Below are positions 25,063 to 38,391 of a DNA stretch of 64,000 bases, piece by piece. How positions within the stretch are numbered: position 1 is the stretch's first letter; each line of letters starts with the position of its first letter. A program made the position numbers and the translations under genes. This DNA is from Octopus bimaculoides (lineage: Eukaryota): assembly GCF_001194135.2 (NCBI RefSeq), contig NC_068982.1, forward strand, positions 65,629,668 through 65,693,667, given 5' to 3'. The notes below the pieces were generated by a model. The model worked only from the letters and a program-made list of their open reading frames with translations. It did no database searches and was not told the origin of the DNA.

Positions 25063-28000
25063 TATATATATACATACACATACACACACACACATATATA
25101 TATACACACATATATATACACACACATACACACATGTATATGCATGCGTCTGAAAGTGTACGTTTGTGCCTCTTGATATCACATGATTGTTGTAAATGAA
25201 TATCATTCACTTCTAATCATCCATGAAAAACATGTCTGGCCATGGGGAAATATCACCTTGTTTAGAAACATGTAAGGGCTGGTGACAGGAAGAGCATCCA
25301 GACAGAAAATCTGGCTCAATAAATTCCATCCAGTCCACGCAAGCATAGAAATGTGGATGCTAAAACAATGAATGATGGTGTGTGATCAGAATTCTTTTTA
25401 TGATCGAATTTACACAACATTTAAATTGTACCCAGGTGTCATGTTTTTTATAGTTAAATTCAAAATACACATTTAAATTGTACCCAAGTGTCATGTTTTT
25501 TATAGTTAAATTCAAAATACACATTTAAATTGTACCCAGGTGTCATGTTTTTTTTTTTGTAGTTAAATTCAAAAAAAAGTTATTGAATGGGAAGAGTGAA
25601 GGAAAATAAGACAATATGAGAGGACAATGAGATCTGATAAATGCAATGGTTGACAAAGATGGCTGCAATATCAAAACTGCAGTTCCAATCTTGCAGGCAA
25701 ACATTTTTTGTCATGAGGGAAATATTAACTTACTTGGAAGTAGGTGAGGATTGGTAACAGGAAGGGCATCTGGCCATAGAAAATTTACTTTCATAAATTC
25801 TGTCCAACCCATGAAAGCATGGAAAAGTGGACATTGAAACTGATGATGGTGATGATGATTACTGATTGTACAGTTATTCTTGTTAATAACAGAGATTGAT
25901 AACTAACCCTGTCTGACAGCAAAACAGATCTCACATTAAGTGGCCTTACAAATTATTTAAGACTAATTAAACTAGAGTCAAACAAAGCTGATGAGATTGT
26001 ACACATGTTACATGTACAGCCTCCTTTACTTTGTAAAATATCTTCCAATGTAATTTTAGATTTACAAAGAAAACAGTAGCCGAACAGTAGTCCCATGATT
26101 TAACCCACATCTGCTGTTCCAGTTGTGGTTGGTTATCATGTGTCAAGTATTCAGCTGGTTTCTTTAGAGTAAATAGTAGTTTCCTTTTTAGTTCTTCTAC
26201 TTAACAGCAGATTCATTAAAAGAAGTGATCCTGTTAAAATAAAAGATTCCTTCTTTTAAGTGTTGATGCTTCAGACACAGTAAAATGTCTGTTGCTGAGA
26301 TTTGTAATAGATTTCATGCTGCAACTGTTTTCTTCATATACATGTCAGGAGGGCTTGTTATGCCTTGATATTTTTCGTTTTTCTGTTTTTTGTTTCCACT
26401 AGGAGTGACACAAGATACTTGTAGTCCTCAACAGTTGTGACTTAAATCTTCAATCTAAAAAGATTTGCTAATCAATTTATTGGATGTAAAAAAAAAGAAC
26501 ATTAAACAATTTTGAGCTGTTTGCTGATAGAATCTATTACTAAGACCATATAAAGTGGCTGTTTTATTTTTCAGCTTCGTCAGTGTCTGATGATCAGGTA
26601 TGAAAAGTTTATACACGAAGGGATTATAGAATTCACATTAATATTTCTTTAAACCTTCAGTAAATAGATTTGTTTCAAACTTACTGTATTTGATGGCATA
26701 TAAGACGTAGATTTTTTTTCAAAAAAATGTCTCAAGAAGGAAAAAAAAGGTCCTATATGCAAAGTTAGGCCTCCCATAAGATTTAATGCACTAAAACGTT
26801 TTTCTTACCAAATATGTACTGCTGAGATTGGCTGCATCTGATATGCTTGTGCATGTTTTATGCCATCAAATACAGTAATCATGTAATACTTACTCCCGCC
26901 TCTCCTCCCACTATCTCTTACACATGCTGTAAACCATATCCTTTTATCTACCTTTTGATGAACTTAACCAAATACTTGTCATCTTCATAACTAAGATCAG
27001 AGTAAGAAAGGCAGTTATAAGAAAGTGTAAAAGTAATAAACACTTACTGGCTCAAAAACAGCAACTTCATGGCTATAACTGCCACCAGGTACAACACCTG
27101 CACCTCCAATAAGACCAGCAGCTAAATTGTCCACAATATTGCCATAGAGGTTGGGAAGTACCATAACATCAAATTGATGAGGGTTAGACACCAACTGTAT
27201 ATATAGGTAAAGACAATATATGAAAAGTATAAAACAAATGAAATAAAAACTGATTAATTCTCTTTCAAATGAAAGATAATGGTTGCTGCTTAACCTCAAA
27301 TCATATTGTAATCAAACAGAACTATGATTGAAGCTGTTCCAGCTGTGAACTCTTTCAGGTACAGTACTGTGTATAGGGTTGAATTGTGGAGGCGCAATGG
27401 CCCAGTGGTTAGGGCAGCAGACTCGTGGTCGTAGGATCGTGGTTTCGATTCCCAGACCGGGCGTTGTGAGTGTTTATTGAGCGAAAACACCTAAAGCTCC
27501 ATGAGGCTCCGGCAAGGGATGGTGGCAAACCCTGCTGTACTCTTCCACCACAACTTTCCCTCACTCTTTCTTCCTGTTTCTGTTGTACCTGTAATTCAAA
27601 GGATCAGCCTTGTCACACTGTGTCATGCTGAATATCCCCGAGAACTACGTTAAGGGTACACGTGTTTGTGGAGTGCTCAGCCACTTGCACGTTAATTTCA
27701 CGAGCAGGCTGTTCCGTTGATCGCATCAACTGGAACGCTCGACGTCGTAAGCGACGGAGTGCCAACAACATAGGGTTGAATTAGCCACATTTTCTTCCTC
27801 TTCTAAGATGGTAGGATGTGTTTAGAAGATTTAGCTGCTACTCCTAGAAAGTTGGCGCAGCCATATAGAGGCTCTCTTATCTTGAGATGTTAAAACTTTA
27901 TTAAACAATATTGTTAACAAAGAGAATGAATATGCACACCATACAGGTGCACATATATAGCATTTATTTCTAAGGCATGAAAGTAACCAAGCATAAGTTA

Positions 28001-31000
28001 TATAAGCAATGGGTTAAAATTACCTTTTCACTTTTGAACAACCTGACTGAATTTACTTTAATTATAGCAATTAACATTTATTTCGCTTTTGTATTTGGTT
28101 TCCAAGATTCTTGATGTGAACTCATGTGTTGAAACATATTTTGTTCCATCTATTAAATGTCACTATACTAATAATTAACACACACACTGGTACAATTTCG
28201 CTTCTTTATTTCTTATTTATCAATGGGTTAACTATTTAACCCATTAACTTATTGACTGTTTAATTAATTGCTCGGCCAATCAATCAATCAGCTAAGTTTA
28301 TCAAAGTCCTTTTGTTGCCATTCATAACCTCATCAATAACATGCCCTCAGACTTGGAGTGAAGAAAGCACGTCATTGATGAGGTTGCGAATGACAAAGAA
28401 AGGAATTTGACAAACCTAACTGATTGATTGATTGACCAAATGATTAATTAATTGGTTTCACAAGGTCAGCAATTGCAGAGAAGGGGGTTAAGTTGATTAC
28501 ATCAACTCCAGTGCTTAACAGGTAGTTATTTTACCAACCCCGAAAGGATCAAAGGCACAATTAATTAACTGATTAGTTAATTGGTTAAGCAACTGACAAA
28601 TAAAGAAATGAAACAGAATCAGTGCATATGTTTAGTGTTAGCATAATGCACTCTCTCCACCCCCACCCCCTTCCAAGACACAACAAAATTAACATTTAAA
28701 TTAAGTTAACGAAAACTTACCTGCATGCAGCAGTTGTCAACAATCATTGTGTCTAATTCAATTCTGGGATACATTGCTGCTACCTCATGGCAACACTGCA
28801 GAAATAGACCATCACCAAGTTTCCTGAAAAATTCACAATTTATAGATTTATAGTTTTATTTTTAAGAAAAGAAACATTAATTCAAATAAGTATTAAGACA
28901 ACTCACCAAATTAGCTCCCACTTTTGTAAAGTTAAGAATCTTCCTCTCTGATTATCAGCAGTTTTTTTAATCTCCCTACCACTCATTGCTACACAGCCTC
29001 AAGGCTTCGCCCAATCCTTCCTCCCCAGATCTCCAGTCATTCTGGAATTCCATTCCTGTACATATTCTCTTTGCAGACAATGATCTAGAGGTACTCAAGC
29101 TGAACAATGCCTGCAAAAATTGGGAATGCTGTCTCTCCATCTAAGAATAACTGCAAAAGTCATGAGCACTATCTCACCACCCCCTCTCTTGACTAAATTA
29201 CAAAATAAAAAAAAAATTTAGAAATAAATTTGTTAGCTGCATTTGCTCCACCAATTTGGTGTATAATACTTTATCATTACCTGTAAGATAATGAGCAAGA
29301 GCAGAAGAGATATTTTTGACATTAGTTCTTCTGAAAAACAAATACTTTAAAATCAATAGATCAATAATCTAAAGTAAGAGAAATTAATTATTTCAACAGT
29401 AAATGAAAAACAATTCAGACAACATTTGTAACATCAATTTTACTATGTTGGCATGCAATTATTTATATTTTTTTTTTTTATTTTGGTAAAATCAAATATT
29501 TATTTAAAATATTGTTGCATCTATCTTCTGCTAATGCATACTGGCAAAAGATATAAGTATCTGAGAAAACATGCTTCTGAATAAAAATATCCTGCATTGT
29601 ATGGTCCTCCAGTTGTGATATGAAATAAATAAATCAGTATACCTAATGTACTTGCTGGCATATAGGATACAGTTGTATTTCACAAATATATTTTGTGGAA
29701 AAAATAAATTTAGTAAGTTTCATCATACACTTATTGAATGATATTTTAAAGTATTTTTATAGGGGTCAAATGTATGACTCTGTGCATATAAATACATTAC
29801 TATGACAGTATACTGGAATATGCCTCAAACACAGCTCCCCCATCAACTCCCATTTGAGGAGTTGGTCTCAGGCACCAAACCAGGCAGAGCTACCAAATTC
29901 CGTTTCCAAGACCAGCTAGAGGCCACTCTACTCCACTGCTCCATTGACCCAAATACCATGGAGACAATTGCCAAGGACTTCCCAAAGTGGCGGCATGTCA
30001 TTGTTGAGAGAATGAACCAGATAGAAAATAACAGATGTCAAGATGCAGAGATCAAACATTGAAGACACAAAGAATGATTTGCACTTCCTTATCCCCTGCC
30101 AACCCTATTTTGTGATAAATGCCCCCATCTCTTCTATACTGATCTTGGCCTGAACCTCAGGCACCAGCACCCACCAGGACGAAGAGGCTCAGTCACTCAC
30201 TATAGATTAACTACTTGGACACAAGTTAATGCTGCTGCCAACTGGAATAAAGTATGACACTATAAATTACGGGAACACTGTATTATTAATTGATGTCTGT
30301 TTTCCATGCTGGCATGGGCTGGGTGGTTTAACAGGAGCTGTCCAGGCTTTATGTTTGTTTTGGCATGATTTCTACAGCTGGATGCCCTTCCTAATACCAA
30401 CCTCTTTACAGAGTGTACTGGGTGCTTTTACACAGCACCGGCATGGGTGCTTTTTACGTGGCACCAGCACTCACAAGTCTGCAAGATTAGGATAAGGCGG
30501 CGAGCTGGCAGAAACGTTAGCATGCCAGGCGAAACGCTTATTTTGTTTGCCGTTACGTTCTGAGTTCAAATTCTGCCGGGATCGACTTTGCTTTTCATCC
30601 TTTTGGGGTCAATAAATTAAGTACCACACTGGGGTCGATGTAATAAACTTAATTCCTTTGTCTGTCCTTGTTTGTCCCCTCTATATTTAGCCCCTTGTGG
30701 GCAATAAAGAAATAAGATTAGGATCCCTCTGCTGAAGAGGGATTCATAGGACATGCCTGTATGCAGGGGCAACCATGATTTTACTTAGCTTAATGTCTCT
30801 TTAATTACTCAACACCACATCATTTCTCTACTAAAATAAATAATATAAGGATTTTGATTAAATTTTCAATCTTGGACAAGATGCCCTGTATTGCATTTAT
30901 CCGTTCAGATTCTGGTTCTGAAATCTTGTCACCCTTGGAGTGGTTGGTGTTAGAAAGGGCATCCAGCTATAGAAACTCTGCCAAATTAGATAGGAGCCTG

Positions 31001-33581
31001 GTGTAGCCATCTAGTTCACCAGTCCTTAGTCAAATCATCCTACCCATGCTAGCATGGAAGGCGGACGTTAAACGATGATGATGATCATCAAAAAAACAAT
31101 CTATTCTTTCCAACACAATGCAACTTGACCTCATACTTTTCTTTTACATCTGTTTTTTCTTTCGTAATTTTCTTGTCACTAATCTCTTACTTGTTTTTAA
31201 AGTTCTGAAGCAAGAGATTTTTTTTATTCCAACAGTTTTCAGAAAAGCACAGTTGTAATGTCAATGGAGAATCTAACTCTGTTTCACTAAGGCAGTGACA
31301 AACACAAACTAGGACACTAAATCACAATATTTTTAGCTTGCTTTATCCACCTATCCATCCATTTTTTCCACTCACTATTCCCAGGAGGGATTTTGGGGTG
31401 GAATCCTCAGGTACCTCTTGAGAATCAAACATCATAACACTTTCTGGCTGGATTTCTAAGTACGACCAACTGAGACTATAGATATTATCCAAGCATCTCA
31501 TTCTTGATCTACCCCTAGGTCTCTTGCTGGTTGGCTTGGCTTGTGGAATCATCTTGCAATTCTTTCCTGCAACATTCTAATTACACATTGCAGGTCCAAT
31601 ACAAATAGTTTGGTGCCTGGTGTGAATAAGACCACTAAAACTGCAATATGAAGCGGGGTTTGAAAGAATAACCATACTGCATCATCCATTGCACATGTTG
31701 ATAAGGGATGTTTTTGTTTCTTAGGTAGAGGGGTCTGTTCAAAAAATATATTGCAGACTCTGCCCAATGCTGGTACAACCAGCAATAAACGTGCAACTTG
31801 TTCTGGAAGGTGTGGGTGGGAGCACAAAGGATGTGTCCCCCAGGACCTTGAGGTGCATCAAGGAAGGAACACTCACTAGCTTGCTTTAGATTAACTTTTA
31901 TTAACTGGTTACCAATTAAAAATATATCAGTGGTAATTGTCACAAACAGAAACAAATTGTTATATCATCTGATTTTATGCTTGCAAATGGCTTGAGTAAC
32001 ATCAACTTACATGATATTTGCTTTATGGACTGCAGTGACCTTCTTCCTGTTATGTCGAATAGCATAATCAAATGCAAATTTAGCAATCCTCCGTGAATTA
32101 TCACGAGTCATAATCTTCAAGCTCTCTACAACACCATGGGTACTCTACACAGGAAAAAAAAGGAGAGAATATTAAATGTAAACTCAAATTGCAGCAAACT
32201 TGGTCTGAGGTCATACCCTTAAAAGATTTGTTATTGTTAAATAATGCAATTTTTTTACTATTAATATATATATATATAAACAATAAATTAAACAGAGCGA
32301 TTCAATTGACAATCTGATAATTTATTTATAACATTTTATACTATAAATATTAAATAATATAAGATAACATTAAAAAAATCATAAAAAAAACCAAAATGGC
32401 CAACAATTTGTTTTGACTTATTTACATTATTTGATTTATAAATAATACATATCCACTTATATAAGTCTATTCAGAGCTTTTGTTTATAGACAGACGAAAT
32501 TCCGTGTCAAAGGACAGCTGGACTGTAAAAAAGTTAATTCAAATGCCTATGTATTATGAGCGTTAACTTTTCAACTATATATATATATATATAGCAATTC
32601 ACTCAGCCAGAAATTTGGAAATGATATGCTGTACTGCTTGGCATTCACACTGGAAGCTCTAATACAAACATGTACTGAGAGTGATAAAAATCCAGTCAAC
32701 ATCATGGTGTTTTGAGTGATCACTAGTGATGGTGATGTTATGCCTCCATTCATTTTCTCACACGGCCTCAAACTCAACACAGAGACCAACATCAAGTGCC
32801 TGGAGGAGGTAGTGCTGCCCTGGGTCAAGATGGTGGCTGCTGATAACAGGACTCTGCACCATGCTACACAAGGAAGAGAACACAGTCATGGCTGTCAGAC
32901 AATATCTGCGAACACCCCACCCCTAACATCTGCCCACCTAACTCCCCACACTACAACCTCCTTGATTATTGTGTGAGGCACAGTTGAGTGAGAGACCGAC
33001 AAAACTCATTGTAACACCAAAAATGAACTGAAGGCAAGGATTATGGCAGCATTCACCAACTTAAACAAGGAGACCATCCAGAAGAGTTGTAGAAGATTCT
33101 GAAGTCGTCTGGAGGCCGTGATTGAAACCTATGGCAATTTTATTGAATAAATTTACTCTTTAGTATTTCAAGATATTTTTATGTAATTTTGGTAAATATA
33201 TCGAGCGAGATCGTTGCCAGTGCCGATGGACTGGCTCCTGTGCAGGTGACACGTAATACACCATTTCGAGCATGGCCTTTGCCAGTAAGACATCTGAGCG
33301 AGATCATTGCCAGTGCCGATGGACTGGCTCCTGTGCAGGTGGCACGTAAAATACACCACTTCGAGCGTGGCCATTGCCAGTACCCGCCTGACTGGCCCTC
33401 GTGCCAGTGGCACGTAAAAGCACCCACTTCACTCTCAGAGTGGTTGGCGTTAGGAGGGGTATTCAGCTGTAGAAACTCTGCCAAATCAGATTGGAGCCTG
33501 GTGTCACCTCCTGTTCCACCAGTCCTCAGTCAAATCGTCCAACCCATGGAAAGTGGACGTTAAACGACGATNNNNNNNNNN

Positions 33582-33638
<57 letters not shown>

Positions 33639-36600
33639 TATGCAGTACAAGAATGGATTTAAAATAGATTTTCTTTCTAAACTAAGGTAACATTCTTATC
33701 AAGCAGGTCACTATTTCTAGTGTTGGATTCCTTCAAAAGCCTAAAATATATTTCTATCATAGGTATACACACTGGAGAAGGGTATAGTTGATGGCATAGT
33801 TGTAAATGATTGGACACTGTCATACTAGCAGTGTCATTACTTTCCAGTATTCTGTGACAACATATCTAGCCATGGGGTAAGACTACCTTGCTTGGAAATA
33901 AGTGGTGGTTGGTGAAAGAAAGAGCATCTGATCATAGAAAATCTCCCTCAATAAACTCTGTCCAACACATGCATGCATGGAAAAGGGGATGTTTGATGAC
34001 AACGATGATTATGAAACAGGTGATTATATTATCTGCATGACTAGCCGATACATATTTTATTGATCATAAAAGGAAGAAATACAAAGTCAACCTTGGAAGG
34101 ATTTCAAAGCTATAAAGAGATGTATCTAAATAAGACATTTAAGCTGTTGCTCTACCATTTTTACAGCTGTGACATGAAATGCTTAAAATTATAAGAAAAA
34201 TATTGATTCCGAGTATTGACACTAATCTCAAAACTGCAGTGTTTTTCTTAATTTCTTTACCTCATGTTCAAGTCCACTGTATTCACCTTCTCTCTGTTCA
34301 CGAATTACCACAAAATTCATATCCTTATGTCGGGTTTTGATGCCTGGCATGCTTTTAATCCAAACGACATTGGCAAACATATCAAGTTCACGTCTGGAAG
34401 AGAGTAACGTCTAAACAGTTGTATTTTTAATACTTTTATATTACAATTTTAATTACAAGAAAAAAAATCTCCAAAATTCCAGTTTAAATCAACAGCAGTC
34501 AGGTTTCATGGTATGAAGTGAATCAAATTATTCTCCCCATTGACAGAGGCCACTCTATCATAATATTCCCAGATGACCTGGTACCCCCTCCTGGAAGATA
34601 GATAAACTGAAACATTTTAGAATTAAGAGCTAGTCATAGAAATATATTAAAATGCCAGCAGTGGATTTGAACTTATAATCTGTGAGTTGGTATTATGGTG
34701 TTTGTGTGTGTGTGTGTGTTTACTTATTCCAGACTGTGTATGATTTAGTTCTTCTAGAAAACAACTTGTGTCAGGAAAAGCTACCAACCTTAACTTCATG
34801 TTTAAACTTTCCAACACGCCGCCTTTGGCATCAGCAGGAGTTGCAATGATGCCTTTGATGCCAACACCATTTCTTTTGAATGATTCAACAACAGTATCTA
34901 AACTTGCACTTTGACTTGGCTGTACTTCACTGAAAAAAAGATCATCAGCAATAAGCATTTCGTGTAATCAAAACTGTGACACTTTCAAATATATTTTGTA
35001 CATCAAGATAATCATAATTTCACATACATACACACAAGTTATAGAATCCCAGGTAAACCCTAAAGGAACAGGGTCATGATTGATGGCATACCTACAGTGA
35101 AATAGTCTGATTGCTTCATGTGAATCTAGAACTGCATTACCTAATATATCATTCACTTTTTCAAGATGGTGTGTTGTGATTTAGCTGCTACTTTTTGTAG
35201 GTCAAATGATTATAAAAAGGCTTTTTCATTGGTTTGTCTACATGAGCAAAACATAGCCACCACACAATAGTAAGTATGGCTTAGTACTTAAAACAATTAA
35301 CAAAAGCATGGTACATGGTACCATGCTTTTGTTAATTGCTTTAGGTTCCTATGAGAGCAGATAAAGATGCCCTTTTGACACACCTGACACAGCAGAATAT
35401 CCAGGATGTGACAGCTGAAAAGAGAGAAGACTGAAGCAACTCCCTGCTGGTACTTATTTTTGGTTAGGTAGACATGTGAAATAAAGAGTCTTGCTCAAAG
35501 AGACAATGCACTGCCTGGTCCCAAAATAGAATCTATGACTTTATGTTCATATGCCCAACACTCTAACCACATGGCCTTAATCTTACTAGTGTTTTATTAG
35601 TATTGGTGACTATTGCTTTTTTAAGGGTTTAGTCAGAAGAGAAAGTGAAGCACCCATGTTTTTTATTCAGTCTTTAATAATGGTGGGAAGAATGGAAGAG
35701 GAAGTTATCCACTGATTGGATACCTGGTTTGAATGCTTACAGTAAAGCAGACTACACTGAATGAACCTGGCAACATAAGTCAATCACTCAAGAATAAGAA
35801 CAGTCCCTCTAATGAGCTTCTACATAATTTCCAAGGCTTTTTTTTACCTGAAGATATGACAGAAGACACTTGCTGAAGGCACCGCACATTGAGATACTAT
35901 ACAGCCATGACTGAAGCTTAAACAGTAACAAACCCACATTTCTTTACCTGACCAGAAAGAGTGCAGTTATAAACTAATCTTAAGATAGAAGTTTTAATAA
36001 ATCCAGAACTATATAATTGTTAAAGTGAACTTCTCAGTCACACAGCAATGCTTGCACCTTAACCCTTTAGTATTTCAACTGACCATATGTAGCCCGAATA
36101 TACTGTTTTATGTTCAAACCTGCACCTCACATCTACTCTACAATGTCATTCTAAAAATAAACAATCACACCATCATCATCATTATTTAACTCTATTTTCC
36201 ATGCTGGCACTGATTGGATGGTTCGACAGGAGCTGGGCAGCTGAAAAGCTGCCTGGGTTTCATGTCTGTTTGGGCATGGTTTCTATGACTGGATGCCCTT
36301 CTTAATATAAACCACTTTACAGAGTGTACTGGGTGCTTTTACATGGTACTGGCACAAGTGCCCTTTATGTGGCACCTGCACACATGAGCCCACAAGATTA
36401 GGGTGGTTCAGCTGAAGAGGGATGCAGGGGACGTACCTGGATGCAAGGACAATCATGATTTTACTTAGTTTGACATGTCTTCTCAAGAATAACAAACTGC
36501 CAGAAGTCTAAGTCCCAAGGAACCCATGTTCCATTACCTGATCATCAAGAATGCAATAATAAAATAATCTTAAGGTAGAAGTTTTAAAGTGTAAATCAGA

Positions 36601-38350
36601 GCTTTGGAAGGGGTAGAGGAGGAGGGTTTCAATAATCAGTTACAGTTTAACATGTGTAAGTTAAACTCAAGAAGTAAACAATAACATCTGACAAACCAAT
36701 GAAAGAATTTAAATGTGGTTTCTAAATCTGTTAGAAATAGCAATCAAACTCCCCTCAATTTACACACTTCTGTCTTAAAAAAAGAGGACATACTTCGTAA
36801 TATATGATTGAAAAAAGAATGGGATAGCCATAGCCTTTCATCACAGCTCTGCTCAATCATGGCTGGCATGGGATTAAACAATAATAATAATAATAATGAA
36901 AAAAGATAATACATTTACATCAAAATTTTATGCTAGTATGTCAATTCACTACAACTTGTACTAATACATAAGTCACACCTCTTACAGCTAATTAATCAAA
37001 CGTACTAACAACATGACTAAAATTGCATCTAAAAAAGTAGGTTTTGTGGTCAAGACCAGAAAACAATTCAACCTTGATGTACTGAAGAATTTCAACAAAT
37101 CTCATACATGAACCACATTACAATACAGCTTGATATAATGATTGGCTTGTTGGTGACTAAACTCATCCCTTTATTCTCTTTACTGGTCAAAAAAAAGGAT
37201 GTGACCATCCAGCATAGTTAAAAGTAAATGTGTCAAAGGGCAGATGAGCTTTTCCCTCGATCTCTTTCCTTTTTCCACACTTGCCCTATCTGTCACTGGC
37301 ATTTTTTTTCATTGTCCTCTTATCTTCTGTAGGATTCTTAAAGTAGATATCTAACATTAATTACTACAAATATACTTGTCTTCCACTGTCCCCTAAATAT
37401 CATTAAATTGTAATAACTACTGCACACTTGCAGTCACTTTCCATTTATTGGCTTATAGTGATACTTTAACAATTCTTTCTATTATGAGCAAAAGGCCTGA
37501 AATTTTGGAGAAGTGGGCTAGTTGATTACATCAACCCCCAGTGCTCATCATCATCATTTACCCTCCATCTTCCATGTTGGCATGGGTTGACTGGTACCTA
37601 TTTTATTGACCCCAAAAGGATGAAAGGCAGAATCAATCTCAGTGAAATATGCAACCGGCAGAAATAGCACAAACAATTCTGCTAGCTTGCCTGTAGTAGC
37701 AGCAGCAGTAACAACAATAACAATAGTTTCAAATTTTAGCACAAGGCCAGCAATTATGGGAGACGGGGTGGATAGACGATTAAACTGACCCTGGTGCTCA
37801 ACTAGTACTTATTTTATTGACTCCAAAAGGATGAAAGGCAAAATCAACCTTGGTGAAATTTGAACTCAGTAGTAGTAGAACGTAGTAGTAGTAGTAATAA
37901 CTTCAAATTTTTGGCACAAGGCCAGCAAGTTCAGGGGAAGGAGTAAGTCAATTACATCAATCACAGTGTTCAACTGGTACTTATTTTATTGACTTCAAAA
38001 GGATGAAAGGCAAAGTCAACTTCCATGGATTTGAACTCAAAATGTAGTAGTGGTGGACTCTTCCATTGAAGACAGCTGATTGTTCAGCTTTTGTCAAATG
38101 ACCTGCACAAATGATTAGTTTATGGTGATCAAATGAATGCACTGTACAATTAGCTCACTCCCTCCATCAGATCAACATTGCCTGAACAGGTGCATGGTGT
38201 ACCACATATCAGGTGTTGAAGTGATCGCAGAGCAATGTGAGATGAAGTGCTTTGCTCAAGAACACAACACACCACCTGGTCTAGGAACTGAAACTACGAT
38301 CTAGCAATTGTGAATGCAATGCCCTAACCACTAAGCCATGCATCTTCACA

Positions 38351-38391
<41 letters not shown>

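Noticed and set aside
24511-25210. Long ORFs rich in Y/I/C/V/H/T
   Set aside because: These are translations of TA/CA microsatellites.
27386-27460. tRNA gene calls for SINE heads (also 48601, 49006, 46030-46103)
   Set aside because: The tRNA-like heads run into shared SINE bodies and tails with TSDs, and there is no complete cloverleaf.
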